DNA of 7,332 nucleotides from a virus (Duplodnaviria; Heunggongvirae; Uroviricota; Caudoviricetes): IMG/VR virus record IMGVR_UViG_3300022692_000022; one strand, 5' to 3'. Shown piece by piece: positions 1 to 5,558 of this stretch (position 1 is its first letter; each line of letters starts with the position of its first letter). The notes under the pieces were generated by a model. It saw only the letters and a program-made list of their open reading frames with translations, ran no database searches and was not told where the DNA came from. The position numbers and the translations under genes were made by a program.

Positions 1-162
1 GGGTTTACCGCGTTAACGGAGCGCGGCGTTGTCCCCTCATGGTCGCTGGTCCGGTGCGATGGTGGAAGAAACCGGACGATGTGTTACCTCGCATGACCTG
101 TTATGTCATGTGTCTGATTTGTGATTTAAGTCGGATAATTGTCGTTGCCATTAAGCAGAGGA

Positions 163-205
163 TTGATGGCCGACAGGGTGGCATTGTTAGAATAAGACTT
201 ATTCT
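163..205 (+). promoter_or_regulatory. Putative sigma70-like promoter overlapped by an operator-like palindrome upstream of the TonB-C lipoprotein gene
   Basis: TTGATG (163-168) and TAGAAT (188-193) lie about 19 bp apart. A 17-bp palindrome AGAATAAG-a-CTTATTCT (189-205, 8-bp perfect arms) overlaps the candidate -10 and sits about 15 bp before the ORF start. Spacing is not ideal and nothing here is experimental. Confidence 0.3.
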
Positions 206-219
206 TATCTGTGCCGGGA

Positions 220-552
220 ATGAAAATGAAAAGAAATCTTCCGTTAATTATTTTGTTGTCTTCTCTGGTTATGGGCTGTACGCAACATAAAACAGATATG
301 CCCCGACAGTTGGTTAAGGCATTACCACAATATCCGGCCTATGCAGCGGCAAATTATATAAAGGGACGGGTTGATGTGAAGTTTGATATTGGTGCTGATG
401 GTACTGTCACCCGAATTGAGTTTATCCGTTCAGAGCCGCACCATCTGTTTGATGAGCAGGTTGTAAAGGCGATGGCAAAATGGCGATTTGAGAAGGACAG
501 GCCGCGTAAAGGCGTGAAGAAAACGTTTATCTTTAGTCCTTCTGCACCCTGA
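220..552 (+). CDS. Small outer-membrane lipoprotein with a TonB C-terminal-like domain
   Basis: ORF 211-552 with stop TGA at 550-552. Alternative starts are GTG 211, ATG 220 and ATG 226 (GGGA at 216-219 gives the best spacing for 226). The N-terminus MKMKRNLPLIILLSSLVMGC has a basic n-region, hydrophobic core and a lipobox-like VMGC with Thr at +2. The mature part YPAYAAANYIKGRVDVKFDIGADGTVTRIEFIRSEP...FDEQVVKAMAKWRF matches the conserved pattern of the TonB C-terminal domain from memory. It lacks the TonB N-terminal anchor and proline-rich spacer. The surrounding sequence is visibly AT-richer than the packaging genes. Confidence 0.72.
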   Translation: MKMKRNLPLIILLSSLVMGCTQHKTDMPRQLVKALPQYPAYAAANYIKGRVDVKFDIGADGTVTRIEFIRSEPHHLFDEQVVKAMAKWRFEKDRPRKGVKKTFIFSPSAP

Positions 553-683
553 TTATTTCATCAGAAATTAATTATCACTCTGTTGTTATTCTGTACATCC
601 CGGCAGGGTAAGTCTTGTTCCGTCGGATATGAAGATGAAATATTGTTGGAGGACAGTGGGTAGCTGCTCCTGTAACCGAACGT

Positions 684-884
684 TCATTTCTCGTTATTTG
701 TCATGCTGGCCGGGCGCAGGTGCGTTGCATCTGTTGCCAGCCTTCTCCGGCAGGCTTCAATAACCCACGCTGAAAAGTTACCGGACCCTTTATGCTCAAG
801 GGCGATGTTGATCTGTTCAATCATGTGATTGGGGAAACGGATATTGCGGGTTGTGGTTCTGCGGGTCCGGTTTTTCGATGACAT
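684..884 (-). CDS. Small ribbon-helix-helix-like DNA-binding protein (resembles the YlcI/YnfO DUF3950 family found next to terminase genes in enterobacterial prophages)
   Basis: Minus-strand ORF 684-944. The preferred start is the internal ATG at 882-884, which has a strong RBS (AAGGAAA) about 7 nt upstream on the minus strand; the upstream Met at 944 has none. The product MSSKNRTRRTTTRNIRFPNHMIEQINIALEHKGSGNFSAWVIEACRRRL... has a basic N-terminus, a short beta-strand (NIRFP), helix, G-x-N turn and second helix, as in Arc/CopG/MetJ RHH proteins. The family assignment is from memory, not a search. Confidence 0.6.
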   Translation of the reverse strand: MSSKNRTRRTTTRNIRFPNHMIEQINIALEHKGSGNFSAWVIEACRRRLATDATHLRPASMTNNEK

Positions 885-925
885 ATTTATTTCCTTTACT
901 GATTGCCATATGACGGGGATTTTAC

Positions 926-1291
926 ATGGCTCAGCTTCGTACACTCCAGAGCAGAATCAAAACACTGAATACCCGACGGGTGAATATTCTGAAGGGTGAA
1001 CAGCGTCGTGTCAGTGGCAGTGCACGTGTTTCCCTCAAGCGTCATATCTGGCTCAGGGATGCCGGGCAGTGCTGTCTCTGTGGTCGTGTGGTTGACCTCT
1101 GTGACAGTGAACTCGATCACCGAATTGCACTTCAGTTCGGTGGTGGTAATGAGGAGACGAATCTCTGGACGCTCTGTACCGAATGCCATCGACAAAAGTC
1201 TGCTCGTGAAGCGGCGGGTGGTATGCCGGACCCGACGCTGCCGGAGGTGTCCGGAGGTAGTGGCAGAGCGGACGACATCATCGGACTGTAA
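926..1291 (+). CDS. Phage HNH endonuclease (packaging-associated type)
   Basis: ATG 926 with GGGGA about 6 nt upstream; stop TAA 1289-1291. The HNH motif is complete: zinc-finger cysteines in QCCLCG, then ELDHRIALQFGGGNEETNLWTLCTECHRQKS with the catalytic His, Asn and CxxCH. Its position immediately upstream of terS/terL is the classic HK97-like arrangement. Confidence 0.9.
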   Translation: MAQLRTLQSRIKTLNTRRVNILKGEQRRVSGSARVSLKRHIWLRDAGQCCLCGRVVDLCDSELDHRIALQFGGGNEETNLWTLCTECHRQKSAREAAGGMPDPTLPEVSGGSGRADDIIGL

Positions 1292-1579
1292 CCCGACCGG
1301 GGGGGTATCATTCGGCGTAAAAAACGATCGCTCCGGACACCGCGCCCCCTCTCACGCAGAGAAAAAATTCCCGTTTCAGGGCAGTTAACATGTTAACTGG
1401 CTGTCCGGGCATTTTTGCGGTTTTTATCTTTATTATTCAGTTTGTTGCGCGGAAAAAATGTTAACTGGCTTTTTCAGCAAATGTTAACCAGGCAGCAGTT
1501 AACATTTGCGGCATGAGACGCCGGGAAAAATGGGCTGAACCATACCCGGCTGAGTGCGTTCTGGACCCGGGAGGAGGCT
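1292..1579. other. Intergenic region between HNH and terS; candidate cos/packaging-initiation region
   Basis: 288 bp of non-coding sequence at the position where HK97-like cos phages carry cos. It contains a G7 run (1299-1305), a GC-rich segment (1292-1360), an AT-rich T-tract segment (1411-1457) and the GTTAAC repeat array (1382-1509). The exact cos cleavage site cannot be identified from sequence alone. Confidence 0.4.
1382..1509. repeat. Array of GTTAAC-centred palindromes and direct repeats (five copies of core ATGTTAAC/GTTAACAT)
   Basis: Read directly: an 18-bp perfect palindrome CAGTTAACATGTTAACTG (1382-1399); a 13-bp direct repeat ATGTTAACTGGCT at 1390-1402 and 1458-1470; and an inverted repeat GCAAATGTTAAC (1477-1488), 9-bp spacer, GTTAACATTTGC (1498-1509). 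GTTAAC occurs five times within about 125 bp here and only once elsewhere in the window (13-18). Confidence 0.75.
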
Positions 1580-2143
1580 GTGCTGACAACGCAAAAACGA
1601 AAATTTGCGCTGGCGCTCATGTCCGGGAAAAACAAAACAGCGTCAGCCATTGCCGCCGGTTATTCGGCGAAGACAGCCAGGGTTAAAGGCTCGCAGCTGG
1701 CAAAAGATCCGGAGGTGCTTGCGTTTATAGCCCGTAAACAGTGCGAGACGGTGGAGGTGGATGAGGTTCCTGTTTACCGGCAGAAAAAATCAGAGCAGGA
1801 GGATAAACCCCGTCGCCGTGAGGCGGCTGCAATACCACAGCCGGACGAAACAAATCCGGAGATGCCACCGCCCGTGGTGATATCTCCTGGTATTGAGTAT
1901 ATGGAGGACGGTCTTCCCGATCCGGTGAAAGCGATGGGGCGTCTTCTGGTGGAGAACATTAATACCGACCCCAGGCTGGCGCTGGATGCGGCTTATAAGC
2001 TGGCGCAGTTCACGCACCACAAAAAAGGGGATGCCGGTAAAAAATCGGCAAAAGGTGACGCGGCGAAAAAAGCAGCTAACCGTTTTGCGGTGCCACCACC
2101 ACCCCGACTGGTGGTGAATAATGATAATGAGGGCAACGGATGA
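1580..2143 (+). CDS. terS: Terminase small subunit (P27 / Terminase_2-like)
   Basis: ORF 1580-2143. The N-terminus LTTQKRKFALALMSGKNKTASAIAAGYSAKTARVKGSQLAKDPEV matches the conserved HTH-containing N-terminus of P27-family small terminases (AGYS.KTA motif). It has a Lys/Pro-rich C-terminal tail. The GTG start at 1580 has GAGGAGG (1571-1577) only 2 nt upstream, so the exact start is uncertain. The stop overlaps the terL start (ATGA at 2140-2143). Confidence 0.87.
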   Translation: MLTTQKRKFALALMSGKNKTASAIAAGYSAKTARVKGSQLAKDPEVLAFIARKQCETVEVDEVPVYRQKKSEQEDKPRRREAAAIPQPDETNPEMPPPVVISPGIEYMEDGLPDPVKAMGRLLVENINTDPRLALDAAYKLAQFTHHKKGDAGKKSAKGDAAKKAANRFAVPPPPRLVVNNDNEGNG

Positions 2144-3513
2144 TACCTGTGTGGAGCACGGCCTGCCCGGACTGGGCAGAGCGCCTGAAAAAGGGGCTGT
2201 CGATTATTCCGGCCCCGATTTATCCGGATCAGGCTGCACATGCACTGGCGATTTTTAAACAACTGCGGATTGTGGATGCACCGGGCAGCCCGACGTTCGG
2301 GGAGTCCTGCGCACAGTGGGTGTTTGACCTGGTGGCGGCCCTGTTTGGCTCCTACGATGCGCAGACCGGTGTACGCCATATCAAGGAAGTTTTTATCCTT
2401 ATCCCCAAGAAAAACAGCAAGTCCACGCTGGCTGCCGGGATCATGATGACGGCGCTGTTACTGAACTGGCGGCAGGCGGCGGGCTACACCATTCTGGCCC
2501 CGACCGTGGAGGTGGCGGCTAACGCCTTTAATCCTGCGCGGGATATGGTCAGACGTGACGATGATCTGGATGACCTCTGCCAGGTNNNNNNNNNNNNNNN
2601 NNNNNNNNNNNNNNNNNNNNNNNNNNNNNNNNNNNNNNNNNNNNNNNNNNNNNNNNNNNNNNNNNNNNNNNNNNNNNNNNNNNNNCCGAATCTCGGTTAT
2701 TCGGTGGATGAGGCTTTTCTGTACCGGGAGTACCGTAAAGCCCGGGAGGCTGGTGAGGAAGCATTTCGTGGCTTCATGTCAAAACATGCCAATGTGGAAA
2801 TTGGTCTTGCCCTGCGTTCTGACCGCTGGGCGGGTGCGGATTTCTGGGAGCAGCAGGGCAGGCGCGTCAGCCTGGACGATATCCTGCAGCGCGCTGATGT
2901 GGTGACGGTGGGGATTGACGGCGGGGGCCTGGATGATCTGCTGGGAATGTACGTGATTGGCCGTGACAGGGAAACCCGCGAATGGCTGGGCTGGGGCCAT
3001 GCCTGGGCGCATGAAACCGCGGTGGTCAGACGGAAGAGTGAGGCATCCCGGTTTCAGGATTTTGTGGCCTGTGGAGACATGACGATTGTCCGTCGGGTCG
3101 GGGATGACACGGCGGAAGTGGCGGAGTATGTGCGTCGTATTCATGAGGCTGAGTTACTGGATCATATCGGTATTGACCCGTCAGGTGTGGGGCAGATTCT
3201 GGATTCACTGGTGGAAGCCGGGATCCCCGACGGAATTGTTGTGGGGATAAGCCAGGGCTGGAAGCTGGGCGGGGCCATAAAAACCACCGAGCGCAAACTG
3301 GCTGAGGGAGTACTGGTGCATGGTGGTCAGCCACTGATGGCCTGGTGCGTTGGCAATGCCCGGGTGGAGCCGAAAGGTAACGCCATCCTTATTACCAAAC
3401 AGGCCAGCGGGCGGGGGAAAATTGACCCGCTGATGGCGCTCTTCAATGCGGTATCCCTGATGTCCCTGAATCCGGAGCCGAAAAAGAAAGAATATGCGGT
3501 TTTTTTCATATAA
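2140..3513 (+). CDS. terL: Terminase large subunit (HK97-like), interrupted by an assembly gap
   Basis: ATG 2140 with GAGGG about 6 nt upstream; stop TAA 3511-3513. The N-terminal part carries a Walker-A-like P-loop (IPKKNSKSTLAAGI). The C-terminal part has nuclease-domain motifs (VVTVGIDGGGLDD ... GKIDPLMALFNAVSL). 100 Ns (2586-2685) fall inside the gene, so the true length and whether the frame is really continuous are unknown. Confidence 0.85.
   Translation: MIPVWSTACPDWAERLKKGLSIIPAPIYPDQAAHALAIFKQLRIVDAPGSPTFGESCAQWVFDLVAALFGSYDAQTGVRHIKEVFILIPKKNSKSTLAAGIMMTALLLNWRQAAGYTILAPTVEVAANAFNPARDMVRRDDDLDDLCQXXXXXXXXXXXXXXXXXXXXXXXXXXXXXXXXXXPNLGYSVDEAFLYREYRKAREAGEEAFRGFMSKHANVEIGLALRSDRWAGADFWEQQGRRVSLDDILQRADVVTVGIDGGGLDDLLGMYVIGRDRETREWLGWGHAWAHETAVVRRKSEASRFQDFVACGDMTIVRRVGDDTAEVAEYVRRIHEAELLDHIGIDPSGVGQILDSLVEAGIPDGIVVGISQGWKLGGAIKTTERKLAEGVLVHGGQPLMAWCVGNARVEPKGNAILITKQASGRGKIDPLMALFNAVSLMSLNPEPKKKEYAVFFI
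2586..2685. other. Assembly gap (run of 100 N)
   Basis: Exactly 100 consecutive N characters, the conventional placeholder for a gap of unknown size. Confidence 0.99.
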
Positions 3514-3539
3514 CCCTGTTCACCCTGTAACCATCATGG

Positions 3540-3564
3540 ACCGCTGCGGCGGTTTTTTTATTTT
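3540..3564 (+). terminator. Short stem-loop followed by a T-run between terL and the capsid gene (possible weak intrinsic terminator/attenuator)
   Basis: Stem ACCGC (3540-3544) pairs with GCGGT (3549-3553) around loop TGCG, followed by TTTTTTTaTTTT (3553-3564). The stem is only 5 bp, so any termination is probably partial. It lies immediately before the AGGAGG RBS of the capsid gene. Confidence 0.35.
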
Positions 3565-3576
3565 CAGGAGGCTGAT

Positions 3577-5514
3577 GTGACTCTTAAACGGGCCTGCTCC
3601 CTGCTGACGGTGAAATCCTTCAGTGAGGATGAGCGGGTGATCACCGGGATTGCGTCAACGCCTTCTCCGGATCGGGATGGTGACATCCTGGAGCCGGAGG
3701 GCGCGGAGTTTGGCAGTGCGATTCCGTTTCTCTGGCAGCATGACCATTCCCGCCCGGTGGGGCAGTGTACGGTGCGCCGGGTCAGCGAAGGGCTGGAAAT
3801 CACGGCAACACTGGCGAAGCCCGTGCCGGATATGCCATCGCAACTGGCTGCCAGGCTGGATGAGGCCTGGGCGGCCATTAAGACCGGGCTGGTCAGGGGG
3901 CTGTCCGTGGGCTTCCGTCCTCATGAATACACCTTTCTGGACGGAGGTGGACTGCATTTTCTGCGCTGGGAGCTGATGGAGGTGTCTGCCGTCACCGTGC
4001 CCGCGAATGCGGAATGCACCATCCGGACCATTAAATCTTACGACCGCCAGTTTTCTGCCGCGTCCGGCAACCGGAAACCGGTGGTGAAAATCGCATCTTC
4101 TGCCGGCGCTGCGGCACAGTCAACAACCGTTTTTCATAAGGAAAAGACCATAATGAATATTGGCGAACAGATTAAAAGTTTTGAAAACAAGCGTGCAGCA
4201 CTGGCAGCCTCCCTTGAGGAGGTCATGACCAAAGCCGCAGAGGAAGGGCGCACGCTGGATGTGGAGGAGGAAGAGCATTACGACAACACCGCAGCGGAAA
4301 TACGTCAGGTGGATGCGCACCTGAAGCGCCTGCGTGAACTGGAAGCCGGTAAGGCCGCCACGGCGCAGCCGGTGAAACAGGCCGGTAACGGGAATGTGGC
4401 CGCGGTGGCTTCTGCGCCGGTGATCCGTGTGGAGCAGAAACTGGATAAGGGGATTGGTTTCGCACGTTTTGCCAAATCGCTGGCTGCGGCTAAAGGTGTC
4501 CGCTCTGAAGCCCTGGAAGTGGCCCGTCGTCAGTATCCGGATGACAGTCGTCTGCATCATGTCCTGAAATCGGCAGTGGGCGCGGGGACCACCACGGATC
4601 CGCAGTGGGCAGGCAGCCTGTCTGAATATCAGGAATACGCACAGGACTTTATTGATTACCTGCGTCCTCAGACCATTATCGGGCGATTTGGTCAGGGCGG
4701 GATCCCTGCACTTCGTCAGGTGCCGTTCAATATCCGTGTGCACGCCCAGGTGTCGGGCGGTGCTGCCGGCTGGGTGGGTGAGGGTAAGGCAAAACCCCTG
4801 ACGAAGTTTGATTTTGAATCCATCACCTTCAGTCATGCTAAGGTGTCGGCCATTGCGGTACTGACGGAAGAATTGATCCGTTTTTCCAGTCCGGCTGCTG
4901 ATGCACTGGTCCGTAATGCGCTGGCGGAAGCGGTGGTGGCGCGTCTGGATACAGACTTTGTGGACCCGAAAAAAGCGGCGGTGGCAGATGTCTCCCCGGC
5001 GTCCATCACCCATGATGTGAAGGGCACGGCATCAAGCGGTAACCCGGATGCGGATGCAGAGGCGGCGTTTGGACAGTTTGTGGCAGCAAACCTGCAGCCC
5101 ACCGGTGCGGTCTGGCTGATGTCCAGCACCAATGCTCTGGCGCTGTCCATGCGTAAAAATGCGCTGGGTCAGAAAGAATACCCGGACATGACCCTGCTGG
5201 GTGGCTCCTTCCAGGGGCTGCCGGTGATTGTCTCCCAGTACGTGGGTGATCAGCTGGTGCTGGTGAATGCCCCGGATATTTATCTGGCGGATGACGGCGG
5301 CGTGGCAGTGGATATGTCCCGCGAGGCATCACTGGAAATGCAGTCTGAGCCGACCGGCGACAGTACCACGCCGTCGCCGGTGGAGCTGGTTTCCATGTTC
5401 CAGACAGGCAGCGTGGCCATCCGTGCGGAGCGCTGGATCAACTGGCGTCGTCGCCGTACCGCGGCGGTGGCGGTGATCACCGGAGTGAACTATGGCAGTG
5501 CGTCCGGCGGCTGA
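3577..5514 (+). CDS. Prohead serine protease (HK97/S78-like) fused in frame to an HK97-fold major capsid protein
   Basis: GTG 3577 follows a perfect AGGAGG (3566-3571) with a 5-nt spacer; stop TGA 5512-5514. Residues 1 to about 175 carry prohead-protease motifs (FLWQHDHSRPVG with the catalytic His, GLSVGF with the Ser, EVSAVTVPAN). From the internal Met (codon 193, ATG 4153) onward the sequence looks like an HK97-family capsid protein: a coiled-coil delta-like N-terminus (MNIGEQIKSFENKRAALAASLEEV...) and then the capsid core. Confidence 0.9.
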   Translation: MTLKRACSLLTVKSFSEDERVITGIASTPSPDRDGDILEPEGAEFGSAIPFLWQHDHSRPVGQCTVRRVSEGLEITATLAKPVPDMPSQLAARLDEAWAAIKTGLVRGLSVGFRPHEYTFLDGGGLHFLRWELMEVSAVTVPANAECTIRTIKSYDRQFSAASGNRKPVVKIASSAGAAAQSTTVFHKEKTIMNIGEQIKSFENKRAALAASLEEVMTKAAEEGRTLDVEEEEHYDNTAAEIRQVDAHLKRLRELEAGKAATAQPVKQAGNGNVAAVASAPVIRVEQKLDKGIGFARFAKSLAAAKGVRSEALEVARRQYPDDSRLHHVLKSAVGAGTTTDPQWAGSLSEYQEYAQDFIDYLRPQTIIGRFGQGGIPALRQVPFNIRVHAQVSGGAAGWVGEGKAKPLTKFDFESITFSHAKVSAIAVLTEELIRFSSPAADALVRNALAEAVVARLDTDFVDPKKAAVADVSPASITHDVKGTASSGNPDADAEAAFGQFVAANLQPTGAVWLMSSTNALALSMRKNALGQKEYPDMTLLGGSFQGLPVIVSQYVGDQLVLVNAPDIYLADDGGVAVDMSREASLEMQSEPTGDSTTPSPVELVSMFQTGSVAIRAERWINWRRRRTAAVAVITGVNYGSASGG

Positions 5515-5520
5515 GTCTGA

Positions 5521-5558
5521 TAAGGAGGACGGGAGGCGTGTGCCTCCCGTAACAAGTT
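5521..5558 (+). promoter_or_regulatory. Strong Shine-Dalgarno followed by a perfect 9-bp GC-rich hairpin, then an ATG
   Basis: AAGGAGG at 5522-5528. Stem ACGGGAGGC (5529-5537), loop GTGT, stem GCCTCCCGT (5542-5550), all nine pairs Watson-Crick. Then an 8-nt spacer AACAAGTT and ATG at 5559. There is no T-run after the hairpin, so it is not a canonical intrinsic terminator. Confidence 0.4.

Noticed and set aside
189-205. Calling the palindrome a Fur box
   Set aside because: The match to the Fur consensus is only partial by eye, so it is kept as a generic operator-like palindrome.
39-290. 83-codon ORF on the + strand
   Set aside because: No RBS, odd Cys/Ile/Arg-rich composition, and it overlaps the promoter and 5' end of the much better supported lipoprotein gene in another frame. 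Likely spurious.
549-565. Stem-loop CTGAT-tatttc-ATCAG after the lipoprotein gene as an intrinsic terminator
   Set aside because: The stem is only 5 bp and AT-rich with no clear downstream T-run. Too weak to call, although the convergent gene arrangement implies some termination signal in 553-683.
1299-1305. G7 homopolymer as a phase-variation or slipped-strand switch
   Set aside because: It lies in a non-coding region downstream of the HNH stop, so length changes could not shift a reading frame. It is more likely part of the GC-rich candidate cos flank.
896-1388. ORFs 896-1195 (-) and 996-1388 (+) overlapping the HNH gene
   Set aside because: Both lie in alternative frames or antisense to the HNH ORF, which has a complete motif. 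They have no start signals and low-complexity Ser/Val/Arg-rich translations.
1382-1509. Possibility that the repeat array is a CRISPR array
   Set aside because: The repeat units are only 8-18 bp, irregularly spaced, partly palindromic to each other, with no uniform spacers. They look like protein-binding sites, not CRISPR repeats.
2586-2685. N-run as a biological feature
   Set aside because: Exactly 100 Ns is an assembly placeholder. No biological meaning can be read from its length or frame.
1774-3509. Minus-strand and alternative-frame ORFs inside terS and terL (1774-1959, 1790-2020, 1993-2379, 2240-2446, 2779-3144, 3026-3334, 3327-3509 and others)
   Set aside because: They are antisense or out of frame to strongly supported terminase genes. 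Their Arg/Pro/His-rich compositions are typical of non-coding frames in GC-rich coding DNA.
3564-5514. Long antisense ORFs within the capsid gene (for example 4120-5013 at 297 codons, 4833-5150, 5006-5332) and + strand alternative-frame ORFs 3650-3976 and 5267-5476
   Set aside because: They are embedded in the protease-capsid ORF, which has clear family motifs and a perfect RBS. Their translations are Arg/His/Cys-rich with no recognisable motifs.
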